The notes under the pieces: model-generated
What the model was told of the DNA's origin: nothing
Database searches by the model: none
What the model saw: the letters and a program-made list of their open reading frames with translations, nothing else
Assembly (NCBI GenBank): GCA_964291405.2
Contig: OZ219926.1
Coordinates: 512,001-576,000, forward strand
DNA: 64,000 nt
Direction of reading: 5' to 3'
From: Thermodesulfobacteriota bacterium
GTDB lineage: Bacteria; Desulfobacterota; Binatia; Bin18
Program-made: the position numbers and the translations under genes
Shown: positions 50,500 to 60,791 of the stretch, in pieces
How positions within the stretch are numbered: position 1 is the stretch's first letter
Layout: every line of letters starts with the position of its first letter

Positions 50500-51641
50500 A
50501 AAAAGCTCGCAAAAACACTATCTGCCACCAGCAACCCCTTGGGGGTAAGTTTGACCTTTCCTGCACTCTGGGTCATGAGCCCTTCACTCATCATATCGGC
50601 CGCGTGCGGAAACTGCTCAAAGAAGGGTCGTCCAAACCGCCTCGCAAATCCACTCAAGGACATGCCATCCATCTGGCGGAGATTGAGAAAAAGAAACTCG
50701 CCACGCGCCTGCTCTTCGGTCAAGTGTTCGACATACTGGTCTGCCCGGCCCGCAGTGAGCGCCATCTCCATATAGGTCTTTGGATTCCGTATATTGCTCC
50801 AGCGTACTCCCCAGTCTGGCGTACACGAGAACGAATGCGCTCCAGCTCCCAGCCCGAGATAGGCCCCGCCCTGCCAATAGCGCAGGTTATGTTGAGATGC
50901 GTACCCAGGTCGGGCAAAGTTAGAGATTTCATACCGCTCGTAACCATGAGCGGCACAGGCCGCCTGGGCTTGGGAGTACATGGCGACCTCGGTCTCTTCA
51001 TCCACCGGTTGCAATACCCCTTTTTGGCGCATTGCATAAAATGGAGTGTTCTCCTCATAGGTCAAACCGTACATCGAGATATGCTCCGGTTCACAGCCAA
51101 AGGCCTGATTGAGGTCGCGCGTCAGCAAGTCCAGCGTCTGATTCGGTACGCCGAATATGAGGTCGATATTCAGATTGGAAAAGCCGGCTGCTCTGGCAAG
51201 CTCGATTGACCGCAGCGCCTCCTCTCCTGTATGGAGTCTGCCCAGCGTCCGCAGCACAGACGGCTCAAATGACTGGATGCCAAGACTCAGTCGGCTCATC
51301 CCGAGCGCCTGATATCCAGAGAGCGGGTCGAGCGAAACCGTAGCCGGGTCAGCTTCAAGAGACACCTCTAAGTCAGGAGCTAGCGGACAGTGCTCGGCAA
51401 CGCGGATGAGGAAACGCTCCAGCGATTCTGGCTGAAAGAGCGACGGTGTTCCGCCACCGAAATAGATTGTCTCAAGCGTTCCGCCTTGCCAGGGCGGAGT
51501 CTGCATATAGCAGGCAAACTCTTTGCACAGGGCGTCTATATAACGCGCCTCAGGCCAGCTCTGTGCGGCGTAGGCGTTAAAGTCACAGTAGGGGCATTTG
51601 CTGAGACAATAGGGAATATGAACGTAGAGAGAAAAGGGCAC
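50496..51641 (-). CDS. hemW: radical SAM heme chaperone HemW
   Basis: SLYVHIPYCLSKCPYCDFN, FGGGTPS, YEISNFA, HNLRYW (HNxxYW), GLGAGAHS. Confidence 0.92.
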   Translation of the reverse strand: MPFSLYVHIPYCLSKCPYCDFNAYAAQSWPEARYIDALCKEFACYMQTPPWQGGTLETIYFGGGTPSLFQPESLERFLIRVAEHCPLAPDLEVSLEADPATVSLDPLSGYQALGMSRLSLGIQSFEPSVLRTLGRLHTGEEALRSIELARAAGFSNLNIDLIFGVPNQTLDLLTRDLNQAFGCEPEHISMYGLTYEENTPFYAMRQKGVLQPVDEETEVAMYSQAQAACAAHGYERYEISNFARPGYASQHNLRYWQGGAYLGLGAGAHSFSCTPDWGVRWSNIRNPKTYMEMALTAGRADQYVEHLTEEQARGEFLFLNLRQMDGMSLSGFARRFGRPFFEQFPHAADMMSEGLMTQSAGKVKLTPKGLLVADSVFASFF

Positions 51642-51650
51642 GGCTCAGCC

Positions 51651-52265
51651 TCACTTCCCATATTTTCTCAGGACGGCAACCACAATACCGCGTACTTCCA
51701 CCTCCTCTTCTCGCGCAAGAATCGGCTCCATGCTCGGGTTGGCGGGTTGGAGGCGAATCAGGCCATCGGCTTGTCGATGGAATTTCTTGACGGTCGCCTC
51801 CCCCTTGACCAGCGCGACAACAGTCTCCCCATTGTCCGCGCTGGGGCGTGGCTCGACAACGATAAAATCACCATCGAGAATGCCCTCGCCAACCATCGAT
51901 GCGCCCTGGACACGGAGCGTAAACGCGGTGTGTGGTCGACGGACGAAATCAACGGGCACCGCAAGTCTCGCCTCGGTTTCCAAGGCCTCAATGGGCGAGC
52001 CCGCCGCCACTTCTCCCAGCAGCGGTAGCTCAACGGCTTCGACTGACTTCTCAGGTGGCGTGAGTTCAATGGCTCGGCTCAGGTTCCACGTTCTGGTAAT
52101 CAGACCTTTGCGTTCGATATTCCTCAAATGTTTATGGACTGTTGCCAGCGAGGAGAGGCCGAAGTGAGCACCAATTTCCTCAAGGGTTGGGGCATAACCA
52201 TGTTCTTCAACATAGGCGGCCAGATAGTCCCAGATTTCTTTTTGTCTTCGGGTCAGCGTCATCAT
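51651..52265 (-). CDS. lexA: SOS repressor LexA
   Basis: LTRRQ winged helix; AAG cleavage site; GASM (Ser) and ATVKK (Lys). Confidence 0.95.
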   Translation of the reverse strand: MMTLTRRQKEIWDYLAAYVEEHGYAPTLEEIGAHFGLSSLATVHKHLRNIERKGLITRTWNLSRAIELTPPEKSVEAVELPLLGEVAAGSPIEALETEARLAVPVDFVRRPHTAFTLRVQGASMVGEGILDGDFIVVEPRPSADNGETVVALVKGEATVKKFHRQADGLIRLQPANPSMEPILAREEEVEVRGIVVAVLRKYGK

Positions 52266-52290
52266 GTCCTCTTGTCAGCGTTATGTCAGC

Positions 52291-52305
52291 GAACAGAAGG
52301 CGAAT
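52291..52305 (-). promoter_or_regulatory. putative SOS box (GTTC-N7-GTTC type)
   Basis: GAAC-AGAAGGC-GAAT on the plus strand, 26-40 bp upstream of the lexA start. Confidence 0.5.
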
Positions 52306-52408
52306 CAAGCTGGCCGGCGACACGCCGTCTCCCTCTCGGTCTGTTTCCATTGTCAAATCCAAGTTTTAGTGATAGGGGCTGCGTGGGATACTGAGTGAAA
52401 CGAGTCAC

Positions 52409-52951
52409 GTGATGCGATATGTTGTTCTGATACTCGTCAACCTGTTTTTTCTTATTCAGCCACTCTCCTCCGGCTTTGCCAATGAACCCTTAAAAGAAAG
52501 TCTGGAAGAATTTATAGCCGGCGTCCAAAAGGTCATAGAGCAGACGGACCCTGTTTTTCGAGACAGCATCTTGCTTCAGTGGGCAAAGCTCACCTTTGGT
52601 ATACGGCATATGACCTATATTGTGGACACCCGCGATCCGGAAAAAACTCTCGGTATCGTCACTTTTACCTGCAAAGTGACACAGAGCGACTTTTTTGAGA
52701 CCAAGGAAGAAGCTGAACAGGCGCCCATCAAGAATATGATTCCACGCCTTATCCCATGTCGGGCAACTTATGAGTGGAAAGCAGATAGGTGGGAGTATAC
52801 TGGTGGGGCAACCTATATCCGCGGTGGCGACTGGAAGCCCATCCCCACCGATAAACCCGACGCCTTTCCCCAGCTCTACTTCAACCTGATGAAAGGTCCG
52901 CCTACCAGCTCGCTGAGTCTCCCGAGTACGCAAGAAGAGGCCTCGTCTTAA
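52409..52951 (+). CDS. exported hypothetical protein
   Basis: Signal peptide ending GFA-NE; two Cys; no recognisable family. Confidence 0.6.
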   Translation: MMRYVVLILVNLFFLIQPLSSGFANEPLKESLEEFIAGVQKVIEQTDPVFRDSILLQWAKLTFGIRHMTYIVDTRDPEKTLGIVTFTCKVTQSDFFETKEEAEQAPIKNMIPRLIPCRATYEWKADRWEYTGGATYIRGGDWKPIPTDKPDAFPQLYFNLMKGPPTSSLSLPSTQEEASS

Positions 52952-53026
52952 TTTCGGGAACTGTTTGCGGATGACGAACGCGCTTGCGCAGGGCATGGGG
53001 CGCCATACCTCCAAGAGAATGCGCTG

Positions 53027-54007
53027 ATGGCTCACCCCCCGAGTTCTTTCTCATCGTCTCACCAACAGAGTGTCCCGCTTCGAGCCGGTGTGGTTGGGGT
53101 GGGCTATCTGGGACGCTTTCATGCCCAAAAATATGAACGTTTGGAGGGTGTCGATTTAGTTGGCGTTGTCGATACCAATGCCGCGCGAGCTGAAGAAGTC
53201 GCCCAGGAGTGTCAGACCTCAGCCCAGACCGACTATCGCACGCTGTTTGGAAATGTAGACTGCGTAAGCATCGCCGTACCAACCCAACTACACGCCACAG
53301 TCGCCCATGATTTCCTCGTGCAGGGTATTGACGTCCTCGTTGAAAAACCCCTCACGGCAACCGGCGCCGAAGGCCGTCGCCTCGTTGACCTCGCGCATGA
53401 GCACGGCTGCATACTCCAAGTCGGACATTTGGAACGCTTTAATCCTGCACTCCGGTCGTTGACTGGCATATTAACCTTACCACGCTTTATTGAGTGTCAT
53501 CGCGTCGCGCCCTTTATTGAGCGCGGGACAGATGTTGATGTGGTGCGGGATTTAATGATTCATGATTTGGACGTGATTCTCAGCCTGGTCCGTTCACCGG
53601 TTGTATCCCGCGAGGCGTTTGGCGTACCCGTCCTGACGGACGACCCGGATATCGCGAATGTCCGCCTGCGGTTTGCTTCAGGCTGCATCGCGAATATTAC
53701 TGCCAGCCGGGTGGCACTCAAGCGAGAACGGAAGATGCGCGTTTTCCAGCCCGACACCTATCTTGTTGTGGATTATGGTGCGCATACCATACGCATTTGT
53801 CGCCGCGAGCCGGCAGCAAACGAGACAGCTATGCCCAACCTCTCTTTTGAAGAGCGTACGGTAGGGGGCGAAGACGCGCTGGAAGAAGAAATCAGAGCGT
53901 TTCTCCGTTCCGTGCAGGACCGCAGCACACCGCTTGTCAGTGGCCTGGACGGTCTCCAAGCCCTGGAAGAGGCCGAGCGCATTGTTGAAAGCTTGGAGAT
54001 TCCCTAG
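53027..54007 (+). CDS. Gfo/Idh/MocA oxidoreductase (GnnA-like UDP-GlcNAc 3-dehydrogenase)
   Basis: GVGYLGRFHA, VEKP, GHLERFNPA, DLMIHDLD; overlaps the lpxB start. Confidence 0.82.
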   Translation: MAHPPSSFSSSHQQSVPLRAGVVGVGYLGRFHAQKYERLEGVDLVGVVDTNAARAEEVAQECQTSAQTDYRTLFGNVDCVSIAVPTQLHATVAHDFLVQGIDVLVEKPLTATGAEGRRLVDLAHEHGCILQVGHLERFNPALRSLTGILTLPRFIECHRVAPFIERGTDVDVVRDLMIHDLDVILSLVRSPVVSREAFGVPVLTDDPDIANVRLRFASGCIANITASRVALKRERKMRVFQPDTYLVVDYGAHTIRICRREPAANETAMPNLSFEERTVGGEDALEEEIRAFLRSVQDRSTPLVSGLDGLQALEEAERIVESLEIP

Positions 54008-55152
54008 TGCGGATTCTGCTCGTTGCTGGGGAAGCTTCAGGTGACGTGCACGGAGCCGATCTTGCCTTAGCCCTGAAGGCACAGCAACCGCAGCTTGACA
54101 TCTTTGGGGTGGGTGGACCTGCTCTGCGGGCGGCTGGTATGCAGACCCTGGTCGATTCGGCCGCCATCGCCGGCATGGGCCTATTCGAGGCAGCCGATAA
54201 GCTCACCGCCCTGTTACGAACCTATCGTGAACTGACCCAAATCCTGCGCACACATCCCCCGGATTTGCTGGTGCTGATTGATTTTCCAGAGTTTAATTTG
54301 CGGCTGGCAAAAGTCGCCAAGCGGGTCAACGTCCCCGTCTTTTACTATATTAGCCCTCAGGTCTGGGCTTGGCGGAGGAAGCGGGTCTACACGATTGCTA
54401 AGTGGGTGGACCTACTTGCCGCCGTGTTTCCGTTTGAGCCAGACTTTTATACCGCACATGGCTGCTCGGTTGAATTTGTTGGTCATCCGCTGGTCGGTCG
54501 CGTCCGGCCAACCCGTTCTCGAGCCGACACTCTGCGTCACTACCACCTCGATCCGGCTCGCAAGACGATTGTCCTGCTGCCGGGCAGTCGAACGCAAGAG
54601 ATACGCTATTTGCTCCCCCCGCTCCTTCACGCAACAACCGCTCTGGGAGATACGTATCAATTTATTCTCGCCGTCGCCTCAACGCTTGACCTCGACCAAA
54701 TCGAAACAATGGTCCGCTCCCACTCGGCCGCCATTCAGATTGTCCAAGGGGATACCTATAACGTCGCGCATGCCGCCGACCTCGCCATCGTGGCCTCTGG
54801 CACTGCTACGCTGGAGATGGCCCTGCTCGAACGGCCCATGGTGATTGTGTATCGTCTGGCTCCAGTGACCTATGCCCTGGCTCGTTTGTTTGTCCACGTC
54901 CCCTTCATTGGTATGCCCAATCTCATTGCCGAGCGTCAGGTTGTGCCCGAGTTGATTCAAAGTGCCGTCACACCAGAGCGGATTGCCGCGGAGGCGCGGC
55001 GGTTGCTAACCGATGCCCAGGCATATAGCGTTGCCCAAGAAGGGTTACGGGAGGTACGGACCAAGCTCGGGGAGCCTGGAGCCGCCAAACGTGCGGCGGA
55101 CTTGATTTTCAATTTGTTGGCCAAGCGCTCATTGAGTCTCGCGGAGTTATGA
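54007..55152 (+). CDS. lpxB: lipid-A-disaccharide synthase
   Basis: AGEASGD, IDFPEFN, SPQVWAWR, FVGHPL, LLPGSR, SGTATLE. Confidence 0.95.
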   Translation: MRILLVAGEASGDVHGADLALALKAQQPQLDIFGVGGPALRAAGMQTLVDSAAIAGMGLFEAADKLTALLRTYRELTQILRTHPPDLLVLIDFPEFNLRLAKVAKRVNVPVFYYISPQVWAWRRKRVYTIAKWVDLLAAVFPFEPDFYTAHGCSVEFVGHPLVGRVRPTRSRADTLRHYHLDPARKTIVLLPGSRTQEIRYLLPPLLHATTALGDTYQFILAVASTLDLDQIETMVRSHSAAIQIVQGDTYNVAHAADLAIVASGTATLEMALLERPMVIVYRLAPVTYALARLFVHVPFIGMPNLIAERQVVPELIQSAVTPERIAAEARRLLTDAQAYSVAQEGLREVRTKLGEPGAAKRAADLIFNLLAKRSLSLAEL

Positions 55153-56888
55153 CTGTTTACCGGCGTCTGCTGTTGTATTTGCGACCATACCTCTACCGTG
55201 CGTTTCTTCCCGCAGTCGTGTGCATGGTCTTGTTCAGTGCCACAAACGGCGTATTGCCCTTTCTGGTCGAACACGTGTTTGACGATATTTTTGCCGACAA
55301 GAATCTCTCTGCCCTCAAGACCCTTCCTCTCATTATTATCCTGACCTTCAGTTTTCGGAGTGTGTGTAATTTTGGTCATATCTATCTGATGGAATACGTA
55401 GGCCAACGGATCGTTGAAGATTTACGCAATACCCTGAATGCCCATCTTCAATCGCTCTCGCTGTCTTTTTTTCAGCGCCACCCAACGGGCACCCTGATAT
55501 CGCGGGTAACGAATGACACCCTGCTCGTCCGCCAGGCGCTCACCCAGGCCACGGCCTCAATGATGCGAGATGCAACGACGCTGATGGTCCTGGTGACGGT
55601 GGCGTTTATCAAGGATTGGGTTCTCGCCAGTATCGCCTTCATTGCCTTTCCCGCAACCATCCTGCCGCTCATGCGGATCTATCAGAAGGTCCGTCGTTTG
55701 AGTCGCAAAGGCCAAGGCTCACTCGGGTATTTGTCCGCATTGTTGCAAGAAACCATCCAGGGGACGCGCGTGGTCAAAGCCTTTGGCATGGAAGGCTATG
55801 AACGACAGCGCTTTGCCGCCGAAAATCACAGGCTGTACAAGCATGCCATTCGGGCCGGACGACTCAAGGCATTCGTGCCTTCCATGGTCGAACTCCTGGC
55901 AGCCTGCGGCATTGCCGGGGTTGTCTGGTATGGCGGGCTGAGCGTTATTGAGGGGGAACGCACCCAGGGTGAATTTGTGGCGTTTCTGACGGCCATGCTG
56001 CTGATCTATCAGCCCTTCAAGCATCTTACCCGAACGCAGACCGCGGTGCAGAACGGATTGGCTGGGGCAGAACGGTTGTTCGAGGTCTTGGACGAGGGCA
56101 GCGATGTTCAAGACCGGTCGCAGGCGCACAGCCTGTCACGATTCAGGCAGCGTATCCAGTTCCACGATGTCTCCTTTCGCTATCAAGAGGAGTTGGTCTT
56201 ACGACATATCAACCTCACAATAGACACAGGGCAGGTCGTGGCCTTAGTCGGCCCCAGTGGAGGCGGCAAGAGTACCCTGGCCGATTTAATTCCGCGCTTC
56301 TACGATGTCAGTGAAGGACAGATTACTGTAGACGGAACAGATCTGCGCGACCTGACTCTCGCCTCATTGCGCTCCCAGATTGCCGTGGTCACCCAATCCA
56401 CTTTTTTGTTTAATGACACCGTACGCAATAATATTGCCTACGGTATGCCGCAACGGCCAGAGGAGGAGATTATTGCCGCGGCCAAGGCCGCCCATGCCCA
56501 TGACTTCATCATGGCGCTCCCGGAGGGATATGCGACCCAGATTGGCGAGCTTGGGGTGCTGCTGTCCGGAGGTCAACGCCAACGGCTCGCTATTGCACGG
56601 GCGCTCTTGAAAAACGCACCCATGTTGATCCTTGATGAGGCGACCTCTTCCCTTGATAACGAATCAGAGCGCCTGGTCCAAGACGCCATCGGCCGCCTGA
56701 TGGTTGGGCGGACCGTGCTTGTGATTGCCCATCGCTTATCAACTATTCAGAAGGCCGACCGGATTGTGGTCTTAGACAACGGACGCATCATGGAAGAAGG
56801 GCCGCATGAGGAACTTTTGGCGCACAACACCCACTACCGACGTCTGTATGAGCTCCAGTTTCGCGCCGAGCCGCGTTCGGCTGCTTGA
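55149..56888 (+). CDS. msbA: lipid A export ABC transporter MsbA
   Basis: TM domain plus NBD (GPSGGGKST, LSGGQRQR, LDEATS); lipid A operon context. Confidence 0.9.
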   Translation: MTVYRRLLLYLRPYLYRAFLPAVVCMVLFSATNGVLPFLVEHVFDDIFADKNLSALKTLPLIIILTFSFRSVCNFGHIYLMEYVGQRIVEDLRNTLNAHLQSLSLSFFQRHPTGTLISRVTNDTLLVRQALTQATASMMRDATTLMVLVTVAFIKDWVLASIAFIAFPATILPLMRIYQKVRRLSRKGQGSLGYLSALLQETIQGTRVVKAFGMEGYERQRFAAENHRLYKHAIRAGRLKAFVPSMVELLAACGIAGVVWYGGLSVIEGERTQGEFVAFLTAMLLIYQPFKHLTRTQTAVQNGLAGAERLFEVLDEGSDVQDRSQAHSLSRFRQRIQFHDVSFRYQEELVLRHINLTIDTGQVVALVGPSGGGKSTLADLIPRFYDVSEGQITVDGTDLRDLTLASLRSQIAVVTQSTFLFNDTVRNNIAYGMPQRPEEEIIAAAKAAHAHDFIMALPEGYATQIGELGVLLSGGQRQRLAIARALLKNAPMLILDEATSSLDNESERLVQDAIGRLMVGRTVLVIAHRLSTIQKADRIVVLDNGRIMEEGPHEELLAHNTHYRRLYELQFRAEPRSAA

Positions 56889-56929
56889 CACCTATGTTCA
56901 ATTCAACTCAATCTCCCGCTGACCCTGCC

Positions 56930-57631
56930 ATGGCTGACTCTTTACCCCATCCGTTCAGCCGACAGCCACACTTCCCATTCAGCGAAGAGCTCAAAATTCG
57001 TCTCTGGGCAGGTCTCACCTTTGCTCTGCTGTGGTTACTCAAGGTGACGACCAGGAAATGTTATGTCGGTGTAGACGATTTGTTCGCACGCTGGGAACGG
57101 GGCGAACAGGTCATCCTGGCCTTTTGGCATAGCCGTATCGTGCTAATGCGCTTTGGCTATCGCGGCTCAAAGGCCTGTATCATGAATAGTATCCACCGTG
57201 ACGGAGAAATTATCACTCGTGTGCTCAAACGCTTCGGTATTGCTGCGGTCCGAGGATCGTCTTCTCGCGGTTGGGTCAGCGGACTCAAAGGTCTGATCGA
57301 GGCGTATCGACTCGGTTACGATCTTATCGTTGTTCCAGATGGACCCCGTGGACCTTGCCAGCAGGCCAAATCCGGCGTACTCCAGCTTGCCCGCACCACC
57401 GGCGCTCCTGTATACCCGACCGCATATAGTGCGGCGTGGCATATCAGAATTGGGAGTTGGGATCGTCTCATGATCCCCTTCCCTTTTAGTCGAGTCGTCT
57501 ACGTGGTGGGGTCGCCTATCTCCGTTCCAGCAGAGACGACCCCCGCGCAACTGGAACAGAAGCGGCAAGAACTGGAAGAGCGTTTACGGACCATCACCGG
57601 GCAGGCCGACACGTATTTCGCACACTCATGA
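56930..57631 (+). CDS. DUF374 / lysophospholipid acyltransferase (LpxJ-like)
   Basis: FWHS, S.HRDGE, RGSSSRG, PDGPRGP, SWDR..IPFPFSR. Confidence 0.82.
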   Translation: MADSLPHPFSRQPHFPFSEELKIRLWAGLTFALLWLLKVTTRKCYVGVDDLFARWERGEQVILAFWHSRIVLMRFGYRGSKACIMNSIHRDGEIITRVLKRFGIAAVRGSSSRGWVSGLKGLIEAYRLGYDLIVVPDGPRGPCQQAKSGVLQLARTTGAPVYPTAYSAAWHIRIGSWDRLMIPFPFSRVVYVVGSPISVPAETTPAQLEQKRQELEERLRTITGQADTYFAHS

Positions 57632-58932
57632 GTCTCGCGGTCTATAATGTTCTTTTGACGGCGTTCATTGTTATCGCTTTTCCCTTTGCGGTTATAGCGC
57701 TCATTCTGAGGCCACGCTATCGTATCGGCCTGGGGCAACGCCTCGGTCGGCTACCCTCGGACGTTATCCAGCTGACACGGGATACAGCACCGTTCTGGCT
57801 CCACGCTCCCTCTGTTGGTGAGCTCCTCGCCACTCGGCCCTTCTTATACGCGCTGAAGGAGCGCTTTCCAGACACACCGCTTGTAGTCTCAGTGCAAACC
57901 ACGACGGCCTATCAAACCGCAATCGAACGGTGTCCCGAAGCAGATGGGGTGTTCTATTTCCCACTCGACTATCCGCTTGTGAGTCGTCGCGTCCTCAAAC
58001 GGATCGGACCACAGGTATTCTTTTTCACCGAGACGGAAATGTGGCCAAATATGTTAGCGAGCCTTGCACGCCAACGTATACCGGCCCTCCTGGTGAGCGG
58101 CCGCTTCTCCAGACGCGCACAACAGCGCTATGGCCTGCTCTCCCCCGTCTTTCGTCCAATCTTGCAGAGCATTACCGCATGTTGCATGCAGACCCAGGAA
58201 GATACGCACCGCCTTATTGCCGCTGGCGCAAATGCTCAACGTGTGCAGGTGACAGGAAATTTCAAGGTTGACGGAGTGAATGGCGGTGGAGACGCAGGCA
58301 GGACAATTTTAGCCCAGGCAGGTTTGGGCGACCGTCCACTACTTATTGGCGCAAGCACCCATGATTCCGAAGAGGCAGTCCTCCTCCAAGCCGTTCGGGA
58401 GCTTCGAGGTGAGCTGCCCTACCTTCTGTTACTTCTTGCTCCCCGGCATCCCGAACGATTTTCTTCAGTCGAGGCTTTATTACAACGGCAGGACTGGCGC
58501 TATATCAAACGTAGTGCGTGCTCTGCGCCGTCCCCCCCTGACACCGAAGTGTTTCTCTTGGATACACTTGGAGAGCTTGTCAGTTTCTATGCTGCGGCTT
58601 CCCTCGTCTTTGTTGGTGGCAGTCTGATTCGAGGTCCTGGCGGGCATAGTATGATTGAACCGGCTCTTGCCGGAGTCCCGGTCTGTTTTGGTCCGTATAC
58701 GCATAATTTTTCGTCGATTGTCGCAGATCTGAAAAAAACCCAGGGAGGAATTGAAATTTACGACGCGCACAGTTTATATGACGCCGCTCTGCCGTTGCTG
58801 ACCGATGCCGACTTACGACAAAAAACAGGAGCGCTGGCGCGTAAAACCATCGAGCAGCAACAAGGCGCGGTTGAGCGCACCTTAGACGTTGTCCTTCAGC
58901 ACTGTCCGACCCGCGCTCCTTCCCATCCCTAG
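57628..58932 (+). CDS. waaA: 3-deoxy-D-manno-octulosonic acid transferase
   Basis: WLHAPSVGE, ETEMWPN, ASTH, APRHPER, DTLGEL, FVGGSL, GGHSMIEP. Confidence 0.93.
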   Translation: MSLAVYNVLLTAFIVIAFPFAVIALILRPRYRIGLGQRLGRLPSDVIQLTRDTAPFWLHAPSVGELLATRPFLYALKERFPDTPLVVSVQTTTAYQTAIERCPEADGVFYFPLDYPLVSRRVLKRIGPQVFFFTETEMWPNMLASLARQRIPALLVSGRFSRRAQQRYGLLSPVFRPILQSITACCMQTQEDTHRLIAAGANAQRVQVTGNFKVDGVNGGGDAGRTILAQAGLGDRPLLIGASTHDSEEAVLLQAVRELRGELPYLLLLLAPRHPERFSSVEALLQRQDWRYIKRSACSAPSPPDTEVFLLDTLGELVSFYAAASLVFVGGSLIRGPGGHSMIEPALAGVPVCFGPYTHNFSSIVADLKKTQGGIEIYDAHSLYDAALPLLTDADLRQKTGALARKTIEQQQGAVERTLDVVLQHCPTRAPSHP

Positions 58933-58939
58933 CCTGCGT

Positions 58940-60046
58940 ATGGTTTTCCCCCAGCGTCTCGTCCAGAAAATCTGGACTCGTCAGGGCGTCCTCGGCGTGT
59001 TGGGCTGGCTGGCGGCCGTTCCACTCTCGCTCCTGTTCTCATCCGTCGTCCGAGTCCGCAATTTTTTATATGAAAAGGGTATCCTTCGCAGTGTACAGCT
59101 CCCCCTCCATATCATTAGCGTGGGTAATCTTACCGTTGGCGGAACGGGGAAGACGCCCTTCGTTCTCTGGCTCGCTCGTTTGCTGCACGCCCAGCGTTAC
59201 CGGGTCACCATTCTCTCCGGAGGATACAAAGGGCAGAATAAAGGGGTCACAACAGTGGGTACGGACGGTCGGGCCCAGGCAACGCCGGAAGAGGTTGGAG
59301 ACGAAGCCGTGATGCTGGCCAGAACCTTTTCCGGTGTTGTTCTAGCCGGACGCGACCGTGTCCGAGCGGCCCGGCTAGCACAAGAAACCTATGGTATTGA
59401 GGTATTGATTCTGGATGATGGCTTTCAGCATCGACGCTTGGGCCGTAGCATCGACATTATGCTGCTTGATGCCCAACAAAGAGAAACCGCTGAGTGGTTG
59501 CTCCCCGCCGGTCCATTCCGCGAACCGTCTACCTCCATACACCGAGCAGACCTAGTCGTTGTGACGAAGGGGGAGACGGTACAGGCTCAGCAGGATTACG
59601 CTGCCTCCCTTCACATACGGGAGAAACCCCTCTTTTTTGCGAATTCACGTCCGGCTGCGCTTGTTCACTCTATACGTGGAGAATGGCAAGAGTTACCTTT
59701 ATTCTTACTGGCGCATAAGAACGTTATGACAGTAAGCGGTGTTGCCACTCCAGATCTGTTCCACCGTTTTGTCAGAGAGGCAGACGCGAAAATTATAGAC
59801 ATGATGGTATTTCCAGACCATCATGTCTATACAGAAGGGGACTGGCAAACGATTGTATCAGCCAGCCGAGCGTGTGATCTTGTGGTGACAACGGAAAAAG
59901 ATCTGGTGAAGCTTGAGAAGTTCCCGTTTGCCACGGATAAACTCGTTGCTCTCCGTATCGATATGGAGGTCAACGATGTCAAGCAGTTCTTAGCGTTTAT
60001 TGAGTCTCAACTGAAAGGAATAGGAAAGCAAAAAAACGGAGAGTAA
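58940..60046 (+). CDS. lpxK: tetraacyldisaccharide 4'-kinase
   Basis: SVGNLTVGGTGKTP, GDE, LDDGFQH, PAGPFRE, FPDHH, TTEKD.VK. Confidence 0.95.
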   Translation: MVFPQRLVQKIWTRQGVLGVLGWLAAVPLSLLFSSVVRVRNFLYEKGILRSVQLPLHIISVGNLTVGGTGKTPFVLWLARLLHAQRYRVTILSGGYKGQNKGVTTVGTDGRAQATPEEVGDEAVMLARTFSGVVLAGRDRVRAARLAQETYGIEVLILDDGFQHRRLGRSIDIMLLDAQQRETAEWLLPAGPFREPSTSIHRADLVVVTKGETVQAQQDYAASLHIREKPLFFANSRPAALVHSIRGEWQELPLFLLAHKNVMTVSGVATPDLFHRFVREADAKIIDMMVFPDHHVYTEGDWQTIVSASRACDLVVTTEKDLVKLEKFPFATDKLVALRIDMEVNDVKQFLAFIESQLKGIGKQKNGE

Positions 60047-60053
60047 GAGCGCT

Positions 60054-60791
60054 ATGGCAGCTCCGTTCCTTATTCAAGCCGTCTCCGACCTTCTGGCTGA
60101 TATTCCTGACGAGGGGAAAACCCTCCTCGATGTCAGCTGTAAAGAAGGGGACGTTTTAGCGTCGTTACAACATCGACGTTTCACGCTTCGGGGGACCAAC
60201 TTTGAAGCCAACGGGCCGGATAAGAACGGGGTCCCTATTGATTACAGTGTGGACCTGCGAGAGCGACTGCCCTACGACGATGCAAGTTTTGATGTGGTTT
60301 TGCTGGTTGAGGTCATTGAGCATCTGTCCGACCATCAAGCTGCGCTAGGCGAGTTAGCGCGTATTCTCAAACCCGGCGGATCGCTGATTTTGACTACACC
60401 CAATGTTATGCGTCTAAACTCGCGGGTGCATTTTATGCTCAGCGGATATCACAAGACCAAACGACGCTTTATTCCATTTGAGACTCCCCTCAACCACGCC
60501 CATCGGTTTCACAACTACCCGATTGAGCTGCCGATTTTATACTATCTGTGTAAGCAAAACGGGCTCCATCTGGAACGCCTGGGCCACAGCAAGGTCAAGC
60601 TCTACTCACGGTTCTTGCTCGCGACGCTGGGTTTACCCGTGATGGTCTATACCTGGTACACGCTGTGGATACGTGAGAAAAACCCGAGCCAGCGACTGGA
60701 GAACAGAAAGCTGCTGCGCTGGCTGTGTCACCCCCGTCTTCTGATCGAAGACAATTTAGTGTTACGACTCCAGAAAGTTGAGACCGTCTGA
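60054..60791 (+). CDS. class I SAM-dependent methyltransferase
   Basis: LLDVSC.EG (variant motif I), LPYDDASFD, EVIEHL, RILKPGG..ILTTPN. Confidence 0.85.
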   Translation: MAAPFLIQAVSDLLADIPDEGKTLLDVSCKEGDVLASLQHRRFTLRGTNFEANGPDKNGVPIDYSVDLRERLPYDDASFDVVLLVEVIEHLSDHQAALGELARILKPGGSLILTTPNVMRLNSRVHFMLSGYHKTKRRFIPFETPLNHAHRFHNYPIELPILYYLCKQNGLHLERLGHSKVKLYSRFLLATLGLPVMVYTWYTLWIREKNPSQRLENRKLLRWLCHPRLLIEDNLVLRLQKVETV

